This document shows positions 1 to 9,410 of a stretch of 64,000 bases of DNA, piece by piece. The stretch's first letter is position 1. Each line of letters starts with the position of its first letter. Source of the stretch: Bacteroidota bacterium (GTDB taxonomy: Bacteria > Bacteroidota > Ignavibacteria > Kapaibacteriales > UBA961); assembly GCA_005788035.1 (NCBI GenBank), contig SXZI01000063.1, forward strand, positions 27,220 to 91,219, given 5' to 3'. The notes under the pieces were generated by a model. The model saw only the letters and a program-made list of their open reading frames with translations, searched no databases and was not told where the DNA came from. The position numbers and the translations under genes are program-made.

Positions 1-207
1 TGTTTGTCGAACTTTACGTATAAATTCGTGATATGTGATTGATGATCTTTTTGATTCGACATCATAATAAATCATGAATAGATCATCAGGAGATCTCTCT
101 GTTAGATGATTCAAAAGCAAATCGTGAAATGAGTGAATACTTGGCAAGTAAAGCCCTTTTGTTGAACTTCTTGCATGTTGTATGTTTTCAGTCAATGTTG
201 TTGACAT
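1..207 (-). CDS. Partial CDS (N-terminal 69 aa, runs off window edge). Hydrophilic protein of unknown function starting MSTTLTENIQHARSSTKGLYLPSIHSFHDLL.
   Basis: Reverse-complement of 1-207 translates with no stop. Its ATG (205-207) overlaps the upstream permease stop in a TAATG arrangement, suggesting translational coupling. Not in the ORF track because it has no stop inside the window. Confidence 0.3.
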   Translation of the reverse strand, partial: MSTTLTENIQHARSSTKGLYLPSIHSFHDLLLNHLTERSPDDLFMIYYDVESKRSSITYHEFIRKVRQT

Positions 208-1079
208 TATTTATTGTTCCCAAGAACTTTCATTTGTATGAATGATAAAATAGCAATGATACCAAAAAGAACATAGGCAAGCGCCGCACCATAACCCATT
301 GAATCTGTCTTTTCAAATGCATTTGAAAATATCAAGTATACAACAGTCAATGTTGCATTGAGTGGGCCACCCTTCGTCATAGTGTACATTTCTACAAATA
401 TCTGTAGTGATTTGATTGTTGAAATTACCATAACGAATAAGATAGTTGGCTTCAATAACGGCAAAGTAATTCTTCTCAGTATCTGCAATGCATGTGCGCC
501 TTGTAAATATGCTGATTCATAGATGTCCTTTGGTATAGATTGTAAACCTGCCAAAAAGAGCATCATATAGTAACCCGTGGACAACCACACATCCATGAGC
601 ATCACAGAAAATAATGCAGTTGAAGGCTCTAATAGAAATCCCTTTTCACTCTGAGGTAAACCAATAATTCCAGCCAAAGCATTGATATAACCGTCTTTTG
701 CATAAAGATTAGTAAAAATCAATGTAATCACTATAATTGATGTAACTGATGGAAGAAATAATCCTGCACGATAGAATGCTGGATACTTGGTAAATTTTGA
801 GTGAAGTAGCAATGCAAGTAGTAATCCACAACAGGTAGATAGTGGCACGGCACCAAATGCATAGATAATTGTATTCGTTAATGCTTTCCAGAACAATGGA
901 TCAATTGAAATTGAAGCATAATTGTCTAAACCAATAAATTCTGATGTATTTCCGAGTGCTTTATAGCGAGTAAAACTCATATACAAAGCATACAGTAATG
1001 GATACAACCAGAATATAAATAGCTTCACCAACCATGGTGAAAGAAATCCAATGGCGATATGTGACTTCTGAATTTTCAT
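207..1079 (-). CDS. Carbohydrate ABC transporter permease, MalF/UgpA-like first permease subunit.
   Basis: Six predicted TM helices. Has the N-terminal LDNY motif and the EAA loop (ESAYLQGAHALQILRRITLPLLKP) typical of CUT1-family sugar permeases. Confidence 0.85.
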   Translation of the reverse strand: MKIQKSHIAIGFLSPWLVKLFIFWLYPLLYALYMSFTRYKALGNTSEFIGLDNYASISIDPLFWKALTNTIIYAFGAVPLSTCCGLLLALLLHSKFTKYPAFYRAGLFLPSVTSIIVITLIFTNLYAKDGYINALAGIIGLPQSEKGFLLEPSTALFSVMLMDVWLSTGYYMMLFLAGLQSIPKDIYESAYLQGAHALQILRRITLPLLKPTILFVMVISTIKSLQIFVEMYTMTKGGPLNATLTVVYLIFSNAFEKTDSMGYGAALAYVLFGIIAILSFIQMKVLGNNK

Positions 1080-1113
1080 AAATCAAGCTTGTTCTTATGA
1101 ACAACATGCTTCA

Positions 1114-3270
1114 TCATTGTACAATGAAAAGTCCGGAGGCTGATTGTAAATCACCAACAACTCTAAATGCATACATCCCGGGTATAAGTCCTGAAGGAAT
1201 AATACCATAAAATCTATTTGATCCATCCATCTTCATTTCCAATGTCGCAACTTGTTGACCTCGACTGTTAATTATATAAATGGTAGGTTGAGCTATTGAT
1301 TGAATATTGGCATATATTCTGGATTGAGATTGCGCAGGATGTGGAACTACTTCCGTAATATTTTTCACATCTTCCTCTATAGATACAGGACCAAGTAGAA
1401 TATCTGGATTAGTTCTAGGCACGAGTTTATAATTACCAAAAGAGAAATACATTATTCCTGTAATGCTTTTGATGCCTGTTCCTCGCTTTAATGCAGATTT
1501 CTCAGCTGTTGTAACGGAACCATATGTAGTAGAACCATCGTCAGTTTCGACTCGCATTTTTGATAGAGATTCTGTAGGTCCATTGTATAAAAAGCCATCA
1601 ACAATTGAAAATTCACCAAAGTTAGATGATCCATCAGCATTTGAATCAGTGACTATAACATCAGTAAAAGTTACAAGCATGCTTTCCCATTGTTCCGCTG
1701 GGAGCGTGCCTTGAGTCTTTCTGGCAAAGTCAATTGTATTTACAGTGATAGGTTGTATTTGGTCGCCATCAATACCTAACAATTTTGTTTCATTTGAATT
1801 TACGGAGTCAATACATGTTACTCCGAAGTTTTCACGTACAATACCTGAAACTTGTACTTTAGAGCCTCTGGGAAAAGCACGTACAATACTTGAAGGAGAT
1901 GTTGTACGGATGAAAAGTCCAGAATGTGGTGTTACCCCATCTTGTACATAAACTCTTGGCGCATTTACTGCAGCATTAGGAATATCTGAAGCTGAAGCTG
2001 TAACTGTACCATTTACTGTAACTGCATACCCTTCATATACGGATGAACCATTAGATGACAATCTCTCGCGAATGTCAGAGATTTTCGGCAACCTGTCAAG
2101 GACTCGATAATAGTATCCTGTTGTATCTCCTAATGGCGATTTTAATGAAAGTCCTGATTGATCATTGACTCTAATAAACCATTTAACCAAAGATGATCCA
2201 TTGACAAGCGATATAGGTGCAGGTATCGATGCAGTCCATAATGTATCATTCATTTTTTGTGCACTGACTGAATCAACAGATTTCCCATCAAAAGAGAAGT
2301 AAGCCTTTACGGAAGAGATAGGTAATGCACCTGTTTTGATTCCCATTGCTATTGGTACTATGTCTGTTTTTGACGGAAAGGCATTTACACGTGAAGAACG
2401 TACGCTTGTAATAATCGGTGGTGCAGATCCCATGTCCAATTCAAGATCATCGGGCATACCAGGTGAAATCATAAATGGTACTGGTTGTCCAGCAATTGAG
2501 TTCGAAGAAATATACCCACGAAGTTTCTTGATTTTTGTTCCTTCAGTAGGTGCATTATATGTACCTAATTGTACGGCATCTGTTCTGTAATGATTGGATT
2601 GATCACGTAAATACAATTCATTTCCTGATTCATCTGTTACGATGATTGTAGTTCTTTGATTTGTACCTTTAACTGAACTCATGACAGTAAGATTTGAGAA
2701 TTCAACCTTCATTCCCACATATTGAGCTCCACCAGCTATGTTATACATCGGACTTACAGCTTTTCCCTGATTGAACATTGACACTGATACTGAAGGTGGA
2801 GTAGGCAATGCAATACCATCATCAATGAATTCAACTATACCGGATGAAATAACTTCACCTTGAGTTGTACCTAATTTATTATTTGCGGGAAATGCCGTGA
2901 TTCTAACCGGAACTTCAATCAACTGACCTTTTTTCAATCGAATGAAATTGGATGCTGAGTTGGCAGTATCACATACAATTGGAATACCTGCAAATGAAGT
3001 TGATTTTTCATCTTGTAGATAAATAGCATGATTTCTATTTCCTGCAATCATAATTTTGCGAGTATCAGAAGGGAAGTCAACTACAGGAGGAATGGATACA
3101 ATGCCTCGTATAATCACCGTATCGCCGACTTTAGGTGAATTGAGTGTACCAGCATTCAAAGAATCAGTTGGAATAGTCATGATATCCATGATGGATCGTT
3201 TGGGAAAGTTTTGAGCAATTACTGCTGTTGACATCAATCCAATCATGCAAGAGAGTAAGAAATAAATCAT
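1114..3270 (-). CDS. Secreted hypothetical protein carrying a T9SS type-A C-terminal sorting domain.
   Basis: Start moved to Met37 (MIYFLLSCMIGLMSTAVIAQ signal peptide, ATG at 3270). C-terminus ...GMYAFRVVGDLQSASGLFIVQ resembles a Por_Secre_tail beta-sandwich. This removes the apparent overlap with the upstream gene. Confidence 0.65.
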   Translation of the reverse strand: MIYFLLSCMIGLMSTAVIAQNFPKRSIMDIMTIPTDSLNAGTLNSPKVGDTVIIRGIVSIPPVVDFPSDTRKIMIAGNRNHAIYLQDEKSTSFAGIPIVCDTANSASNFIRLKKGQLIEVPVRITAFPANNKLGTTQGEVISSGIVEFIDDGIALPTPPSVSVSMFNQGKAVSPMYNIAGGAQYVGMKVEFSNLTVMSSVKGTNQRTTIIVTDESGNELYLRDQSNHYRTDAVQLGTYNAPTEGTKIKKLRGYISSNSIAGQPVPFMISPGMPDDLELDMGSAPPIITSVRSSRVNAFPSKTDIVPIAMGIKTGALPISSVKAYFSFDGKSVDSVSAQKMNDTLWTASIPAPISLVNGSSLVKWFIRVNDQSGLSLKSPLGDTTGYYYRVLDRLPKISDIRERLSSNGSSVYEGYAVTVNGTVTASASDIPNAAVNAPRVYVQDGVTPHSGLFIRTTSPSSIVRAFPRGSKVQVSGIVRENFGVTCIDSVNSNETKLLGIDGDQIQPITVNTIDFARKTQGTLPAEQWESMLVTFTDVIVTDSNADGSSNFGEFSIVDGFLYNGPTESLSKMRVETDDGSTTYGSVTTAEKSALKRGTGIKSITGIMYFSFGNYKLVPRTNPDILLGPVSIEEDVKNITEVVPHPAQSQSRIYANIQSIAQPTIYIINSRGQQVATLEMKMDGSNRFYGIIPSGLIPGMYAFRVVGDLQSASGLFIVQ

Positions 3271-3280
3271 ATACAAACCT

Positions 3281-5335
3281 TTATTTAATAATGAGAAATG
3301 TTCCGTTTTTGATTTTTCCGGTTTGAACATCTTGCACATGTACAATATACATGCCTGTAGCAAGTGCTTGATCTGCATCAGAAATTAAGTCCCAAGCATG
3401 AATACCACCGGAAAATTGAATATCAGAGGCATTGAATGACCCTGTCTGAGAGAACCATTGTATATCCTGTCCTTCAGATACATTTTGCTCATGTTGCAAT
3501 GTAGCAACTTTATCTCCAGACAAAGTGAATATCGTAATCGTTGCTCTTTGAGGTAGATTATAAAAATATATTTTCCTTCCACGTTCAATATTAGCTTTTG
3601 CATCCCATGCAGCTGATACAGAATATGGATTGGGGAATATACCGACGGTTGTAGCAGAATCTGCAGTATTGACAATTGTTCCCGGAATGATGTTTTTTTC
3701 ATTTGCAAGTAAGCTTGATTCCAATGATGGTAGACCCGCTTGTTCATCCCCATCGCTAAATGCAGTCAATGTAATAGCATATTGCCAACCATTCAATAAA
3801 TCATTCAATGTATACACATAGTTATAGCCAACTGAGTCACCTTCAAAATACTTTACGGTAGGAATCCCTTGATCATCAGTTATGGCAATAGAAGTAAATC
3901 CATTGTCGTAGAATAAACCATTATCAGATTTATCAAAAGATGCTAGCATATTCCAATCTTTGGTGGTGCTTGTGAATTTAACTGGATTGGTTCTATAAAT
4001 TCTATATCCTTCGAAATTTCGTTTATTGGTAAGAATATCTTTAGCTGATTCGGCATTATTTGACCAATACAATAAAGCCTTCCTGTCTTGTACCTCTATC
4101 CTCATTTTTGGCGAAGGTGGGGGAGATGGTAAGATATATCGAACAATGCTGCCATCACCCTTTAAATCAATTTCAGTTGAATCAAGAATATTATTTCCAT
4201 TGACATCGGTGCCATTATATGCTCTTTGTGCCCAACCGGCATTATTGATCAGTGTCACTCTTGTTTCATCATCATTTCTTTCTGGGCTACCTGGTTTCTT
4301 TGCACATATAACTGCAAATGCAACATTAACAGAATCACCTGGAAGAATTCGTGAAAAAGGACCGACGGATAATAACTGGGATCTATTGCCTGCTTTTGAT
4401 ATCAACTTTTCAGCATCACTGATTTTCACTTGATTGAGAAATGTAGTTGAAAGTCTTCTATACTTCTCAATGTCTGTCTGAGGTGATTGCAACCACTCAT
4501 CACCTCTCGTATCTTGAAATGCCCAAACATTATAATTGGTCTTGGATTGCAGAGGTTCTGTACCCAGAAGTCTTATAGCTGCATAATTGTCTGCCAACCC
4601 ATTATCCCCAGAAATGTCCCATTCATACATCATCCGCATTGAATCTATCAGGGCATTTCCTCCGGCTCTATAAAAATCACCTCCACGCGGTGCTCGAATG
4701 GTTGTGTTCCGTATTACTAAATCCGTCCAAAAGCCAATGTAAGCACTGTCAATAGGAGAAGTTGAGACATTTTTCACTGTATATGTCAGAAGAACAAAAT
4801 AGTCAGCAAATGGAAAATTCCAGGCATAACTCTTAAATGAAACATGGAGTCCAAGGGGGTATTCATGTCCAGGAATACGCTGATTCAATTCAGGTACAAA
4901 AAGATTTGTATCGGTGAAATTGCAAACAAAATCTCTATGGCTTATCGCTTTGGGAGAATAATAGAGATCATTAGGTAAACTTGAGGACTGAACAAGATAA
5001 TTACTATCAATATTGGTGAATTCAAAACCTTGAGCAACATTCAATACAGAAGAAACATCAAGAGCCGCAGTTGTAACTGCCGTAATTTGATTCCCGCCAA
5101 TATTTTTTATTCCTCCAATCCATAAACCACCCAAAAACATGTGTTCAATCCCGCTTCCTCGAGGATATTCGCATGATGGAATTTTTGGCCATGCGGCGAA
5201 ACCGGTACCAATTGTTCCGAAACTGCTGATTGACAATCTGATATTTCCAACATCAGTTATCATTCTTTGCTCACCGGTTCCGGAAAGCAGGTGAGAATGC
5301 ATAAACAATATCAAAAGAAAAAGGTGTGTTTTCAT
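3281..5335 (-). CDS. Secreted hypothetical protein carrying a T9SS type-A C-terminal sorting domain.
   Basis: Start moved to the Met in MKTHLFLLILFMHSHLLSG (signal peptide, ATG at 5335). C-terminus ...GMYIVHVQDVQTGKIKNGTFLIIK is a Por-type CTD. Confidence 0.65.
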   Translation of the reverse strand: MKTHLFLLILFMHSHLLSGTGEQRMITDVGNIRLSISSFGTIGTGFAAWPKIPSCEYPRGSGIEHMFLGGLWIGGIKNIGGNQITAVTTAALDVSSVLNVAQGFEFTNIDSNYLVQSSSLPNDLYYSPKAISHRDFVCNFTDTNLFVPELNQRIPGHEYPLGLHVSFKSYAWNFPFADYFVLLTYTVKNVSTSPIDSAYIGFWTDLVIRNTTIRAPRGGDFYRAGGNALIDSMRMMYEWDISGDNGLADNYAAIRLLGTEPLQSKTNYNVWAFQDTRGDEWLQSPQTDIEKYRRLSTTFLNQVKISDAEKLISKAGNRSQLLSVGPFSRILPGDSVNVAFAVICAKKPGSPERNDDETRVTLINNAGWAQRAYNGTDVNGNNILDSTEIDLKGDGSIVRYILPSPPPSPKMRIEVQDRKALLYWSNNAESAKDILTNKRNFEGYRIYRTNPVKFTSTTKDWNMLASFDKSDNGLFYDNGFTSIAITDDQGIPTVKYFEGDSVGYNYVYTLNDLLNGWQYAITLTAFSDGDEQAGLPSLESSLLANEKNIIPGTIVNTADSATTVGIFPNPYSVSAAWDAKANIERGRKIYFYNLPQRATITIFTLSGDKVATLQHEQNVSEGQDIQWFSQTGSFNASDIQFSGGIHAWDLISDADQALATGMYIVHVQDVQTGKIKNGTFLIIK

Positions 5336-5631
5336 TGAATTCAATGGATTTGGGAACTTAAAAATACTGAATTGACATAAGTATTTGTTGGTATTATTGT
5401 GTTTTTTAAAGCCATGTTTCCCACATAATGTCATAATACTTCAAGGAATGTTGAAATTTATCAAAAATTGTTTATCTCTTAATAAATTCGCCATGTTCTG
5501 TGTTTGGTCACAGAGGTAAATTTTGGTATTTTTACATCATTGTTTTTACTGATATTTTTTACCAGATCATGATACCTTTGACAGCTACTTCAACCCTTGA
5601 GAGGGTTCACACCGTCCGCCAGAATAAAATC

Positions 5632-6846
5632 ATGAAAGAACTCATGGATAAAGACACAACCGTGATGTTCGAAGATCCTCTGGAAAATGACATGGTTCTG
5701 AATATGGGGCCGCAACATCCTGCAACGCACGGAGTATTGCGCGTATTGCTCCGCCTTGATGGAGAAACCATTGTAAAATGTGTTCCAGAATTGGGATATC
5801 TTCACAGAGGATATGAAAAACTTGCTGAAGCAATGACATATCATGAGTTTATTCCACATACAGACAGACTTGATTACATGTCGCCGATGTCCAATAATAT
5901 GGGTATCGCTTACTCAATCGAACGAGCTATTGGAATCGAAGCACCAGAGCGAGCACAATGGATTCGCGTATTATTATGTGAAATGGCTCGTATTAGTTCA
6001 CACTTAATGGCAATGGGTGCAACATGCATGGATGTTGGTGCACTAACATTGTTTCTTTGGACATTCACTGAAAGAGAGAAGCTCTACGATATCTTTGAAC
6101 TGATCTGTGGTGCTCGTTTTACCACAAGTTTTTCTCGTATTGGTGGAATCGCAAATGACATTTCTCCTGATGTATTGAAAATGATCAGAGAATGGGTAAA
6201 TCAATTTCCGGATAGACTAAAAGAATCTGAAGGATTGGTTAACCGAAATCGCATCTTTATTGAGCGTTTGGCTGGTGTTGGCTATATGCCAGCAGATAAG
6301 GCAATTCAATTAGGACTCAGTGGTCCGTGCCTCAGAGGTTCAGGAATCAATTTTGATTTAAGAAGAAACATGCCATACTGGGTTTATGACAAATTAGATT
6401 TCGATGTCATTACTCATAATGACTGTGATACCTGGGCGCGCTACATTGTTAGAGTTCAAGAAATGAAGGAATCTGTTAAAATTATTCATCAGGTATTGGA
6501 TAACCTTCCAAAAGGTCCTGTATTAGCAGATGATCCCAAACATGTACTTCCACAAAAAGCACATATCTACACCAAGATGGAAGAGTTGATTAATGATTTC
6601 ATGTTAATCAATTTCGGTGCTATGCCTCCAATTGGTGAGACATATACAGCGATTGAAGGTCCAAAAGGAGAACTTGGTTTCTTTATTGTTTCCGATGGAA
6701 CAGGACATCCATGGAAATTAAAAATCCGTTCACCTTCATCATCCAACCTACAAGGATTAAAATTCATGTCGGAAGGATCCATGGTTTCAGATATAGTCGC
6801 AATCATTGGATCTGTAGATCCAGTCATGGGTGAAGCTGATAAATAA
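5632..6846 (+). CDS. nuoD: NADH-quinone oxidoreductase subunit D (49 kDa subunit of Complex I).
   Basis: Signature NMGPQHPATHGVLRVLLRLDGETIVKCVPELGYLHRGYEKLAE. No NiFe-hydrogenase CxxC ligands at the N- or C-terminus. Start moved to MKELMD (ATG at 5632); the track start at 5500 lies in the leader. Confidence 0.85.
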   Translation: MKELMDKDTTVMFEDPLENDMVLNMGPQHPATHGVLRVLLRLDGETIVKCVPELGYLHRGYEKLAEAMTYHEFIPHTDRLDYMSPMSNNMGIAYSIERAIGIEAPERAQWIRVLLCEMARISSHLMAMGATCMDVGALTLFLWTFTEREKLYDIFELICGARFTTSFSRIGGIANDISPDVLKMIREWVNQFPDRLKESEGLVNRNRIFIERLAGVGYMPADKAIQLGLSGPCLRGSGINFDLRRNMPYWVYDKLDFDVITHNDCDTWARYIVRVQEMKESVKIIHQVLDNLPKGPVLADDPKHVLPQKAHIYTKMEELINDFMLINFGAMPPIGETYTAIEGPKGELGFFIVSDGTGHPWKLKIRSPSSSNLQGLKFMSEGSMVSDIVAIIGSVDPVMGEADK

Positions 6847-6865
6847 CCTTATGGTGTAACAAGAT

Positions 6866-6891
6866 AAGGCAGGCATTGTGCCTGCCTTTTT
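6866..6891 (+). terminator. Rho-independent terminator immediately after nuoD.
   Basis: Perfect 10-bp stem AAGGCAGGCA / TGCCTGCCTT with a 3-nt loop, followed by a T-run (ttttt), 20 nt after the nuoD stop. Confidence 0.6.
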
Positions 6892-6910
6892 CATATATGG
6901 TATTTTCAAC

Positions 6911-7621
6911 ATGAAATTCTCTTGTATCATACCTGCAGCTGGTAAAGGAAATCGTTTTGGATCAATGATTCCTAAACAATTCCTTTGTGTTCAAGATGTA
7001 ATGATCATTGAACATGCGATTCATTCCATTTTAATGGGATTTAGAACTGCAGGAATAGAAACACTGTCTATGATAATTCCATGTGCTGATGAATATCAAG
7101 ATTCCATTTATGATTGTTGCATCAAATATTTACCTGAACATGCATTTGCCATGGTACCTGGTGGGGAAACCAGACAAGATTCAATTCTCAAAGCAATACA
7201 ACACCCTCTCACATTGGATTCAGATATAGTTTGTATTCATGATGCTGCAAGGCCATTTATTCCACAAGTAGTTATGCAACATCTTATTTCTGCATCACAA
7301 GATCATGATTGCATCATTCCTGTATTGGACATACATGATACCTTGAAAGAAGTTGATTATAACTCTGTCATCACTACATTAGATCGGACACGGTATAAAC
7401 TAGCACAGACTCCCCAATTCTTCAAGACTAAGAAATATCTTCATGCATTGGAATTACGTGATAACCAAAGTATGTATACAGATGATTCTTCCATAATGGA
7501 ACATGCCGGCTTTACTGTGTATACAGTGCAAGGTAGCGATATCATGAGAAAAGTTACGCATCCTTATGATCTTGAATTAGCCGAATATCATGCACGTTTG
7601 ATAAAGGATAATCATGAATAA
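6911..7621 (+). CDS. ispD: 2-C-methyl-D-erythritol 4-phosphate cytidylyltransferase.
   Basis: N-terminal IIPAAGKGNRFG motif (PAAGxGxR). Start chosen at MKFSCIIPAAG because the track start at 6878 lies inside the upstream terminator hairpin. Confidence 0.8.
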   Translation: MKFSCIIPAAGKGNRFGSMIPKQFLCVQDVMIIEHAIHSILMGFRTAGIETLSMIIPCADEYQDSIYDCCIKYLPEHAFAMVPGGETRQDSILKAIQHPLTLDSDIVCIHDAARPFIPQVVMQHLISASQDHDCIIPVLDIHDTLKEVDYNSVITTLDRTRYKLAQTPQFFKTKKYLHALELRDNQSMYTDDSSIMEHAGFTVYTVQGSDIMRKVTHPYDLELAEYHARLIKDNHE

Positions 7622-8531
7622 TCCTTTGCGTATTGCATTGATTGGCGGAAATAGTAAAGTTGGCTCTGCCATTACACGTTTATTTGAAAAAGAAACCGAT
7701 TGGCAATTACATGTCTTTTCATCAACCTTGCTGCATACTTCATCTGATAGAATAATCTACAAGCTAATCGATTATGCAAATAGTAAAATGCTCAAAGAAA
7801 TCTTCTTTGAAGTCCGACCTGATTTCATAATCAATACAGCTGCTATGACTAATGTTGACGGATGCGAAGAAAATAGAAAAGAAGCTTGGTTTTCAAATGT
7901 TACTTTTGTTGAACAACTAGCAAGACTATCTTTGATTGTGGAAAGCCATTTGATTCACTTTTCTACGGATTATGTTTTTGATGGTGCCAAAGGACCATAC
8001 ACAGAACAAGATCAACCCAATCCAATCTGTTATTATGGGAAATCTAAATTGGCAGGAGAAAATGCTGTACTCAAATCACATGCAAATAATACCGTTATAC
8101 GGACTAATGTTGTATATGGTTTGACTACAAATGACCAATCAGATTTTGTCCAGTGGGTTATCAAATGCCATGAAGCTAATAAAACAATGAATATAGTTAA
8201 TGATCAATTATCGAATCCAACATTGACCGATGATTTGGCATTAAGTGTTAAACGAATAATTGAAAAGAAAAGATGTGGTCTTTACCATATCGGAGGTAAT
8301 TCATATTGCAATCGGTATGAATTTGCATTGGAAATAGCGAATATTTTTCATTTGGATGAATCACTTATTTCACCTATACAAACTCATTCACTGAATCAGA
8401 AAGCAAAACGACCACTTCGAGGCGGGCTTATCAATCTCAAAGCGCATACTGACCTTGGAATCCAATATAGTACAATCCAAGAAGGTTTGGTCCGATTACG
8501 ACATCAAATGCATGCAATTAATCAAGAGTAA
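7614..8531 (+). CDS. dTDP-4-dehydrorhamnose reductase-like NAD(P)-dependent reductase (RmlD substrate-binding-domain family).
   Basis: Rossmann N-terminus IALIGGNSKVGSAI. Has STDYVFDG...YGKSKLAGE, the catalytic YxxxK region typical of RmlD. Confidence 0.65.
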   Translation: MNNPLRIALIGGNSKVGSAITRLFEKETDWQLHVFSSTLLHTSSDRIIYKLIDYANSKMLKEIFFEVRPDFIINTAAMTNVDGCEENRKEAWFSNVTFVEQLARLSLIVESHLIHFSTDYVFDGAKGPYTEQDQPNPICYYGKSKLAGENAVLKSHANNTVIRTNVVYGLTTNDQSDFVQWVIKCHEANKTMNIVNDQLSNPTLTDDLALSVKRIIEKKRCGLYHIGGNSYCNRYEFALEIANIFHLDESLISPIQTHSLNQKAKRPLRGGLINLKAHTDLGIQYSTIQEGLVRLRHQMHAINQE

Positions 8532-8534
8532 TAT

Positions 8535-9383
8535 ATGATAATTCTCATCTGTGGTTCCGGTACAATGGGTAGAGGGATTGCCCTTTCATCTATCCAATCT
8601 GGTTATATAGCATATGTGTATGACGCTTTCCCTGAAACATTAGGCAAGGCCAAAGCATTTATTGATAATCAAATTGATAAGAGTGTAACCAAAGGATTGT
8701 ACTCTCAGGAGCAAGCTGTAAAATTCAAAGATTCTTGTTTGTATCTTGAATCTCTAGATGCACATGTACAACAGGCTGATATAATCATAGAAGCCATCAT
8801 TGAATCAATAGAAGCTAAAGAATCATTATTCACAATGATTGAACAAAAAGGTCTTCGTGAAGATACAATATTAGCTACAAATACATCTTCATTGTCTGTC
8901 AATGTTCTTTGCAAGCATAGAAAGTATCCTGGTTCTTTCATCGGATTACATTTCTTTAATCCTGCGCATATAATGAAATTAGTTGAAATAGTAAGAACTC
9001 CATCAACACATCAAACGGTTTTAGATATTGCATTGAAGTATTGTATATCTCTCAATAAAGTTCCAGTTATTGCAAAAGATGTCCCGGGATTTATCGTAAA
9101 TAGAGTTGCTCGTAATTATTATAATGAAGCAATGAGAATTGCGATGGAACAAGCTGCATCTATCGAACAGATAGATAATATCATGAAATCGGCAGGTTTT
9201 AAGATGGGTCCTTTTGAATTAATGGATCTGATAGGGAATGATATAAATTTGGAAGTTACGAAGTCAGTATTTGCACAATATTTCAATGATCCACGATTTA
9301 CACCCTCACTAATGCAACAGGATTATGTAAATGCTGGTCTCTATGGTAAGAAAACCGGTTCAGGCTTTTACGATTATGAATAA
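8535..9383 (+). CDS. 3-hydroxyacyl-CoA / 3-hydroxybutyryl-CoA dehydrogenase (paralog 1).
   Basis: N-terminal GSGTMGRGIA Rossmann motif. Has the HFFNPAHIMKLVEIV signature. C-terminal domain with GFIVNR present. Confidence 0.8.
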   Translation: MIILICGSGTMGRGIALSSIQSGYIAYVYDAFPETLGKAKAFIDNQIDKSVTKGLYSQEQAVKFKDSCLYLESLDAHVQQADIIIEAIIESIEAKESLFTMIEQKGLREDTILATNTSSLSVNVLCKHRKYPGSFIGLHFFNPAHIMKLVEIVRTPSTHQTVLDIALKYCISLNKVPVIAKDVPGFIVNRVARNYYNEAMRIAMEQAASIEQIDNIMKSAGFKMGPFELMDLIGNDINLEVTKSVFAQYFNDPRFTPSLMQQDYVNAGLYGKKTGSGFYDYE

Positions 9384-9410
9384 ATACTCTTTTAATATCG
9401 AGGAATCTCT

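Noticed and set aside
3270-3378. Apparent 98-bp overlap between two minus-strand cargo ORFs (1114-3378 and 3281-5434).
   Set aside because: Both proteins have clear signal peptides starting at internal Met codons (3270 and 5335). Using those starts removes the overlap.
5500-5631. N-terminal 44-aa extension of the nuoD ORF (track start at 5500).
   Set aside because: The extension is hydrophobic junk absent from NuoD proteins. The conserved N-terminus begins at MKELMD (5632), so the region is treated as 5' leader.
5590-5859. Antisense ORFs (5590-5859, 5642-5839) inside nuoD. Similar antisense ORFs lie inside ileS, the giant cargo gene (32004-32404, 33549-33737) and mrdA.
   Set aside because: They are short, have no motifs, and are fully embedded opposite strongly conserved coding regions. 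They are typical spurious ORFs of AT-rich DNA.
5632-6846. Possibility that the isolated nuoD-like gene is a [NiFe]-hydrogenase large subunit.
   Set aside because: It lacks the N-terminal RxCGxCxxxH and C-terminal DPCxxC nickel-binding motifs. The sequence follows the NuoD pattern instead.
6878-6910. Upstream start (6878) for ispD.
   Set aside because: This start lies inside the 10-bp-stem terminator hairpin following nuoD. The conserved IspD N-terminus begins at MKFSCIIPAAG (6911).
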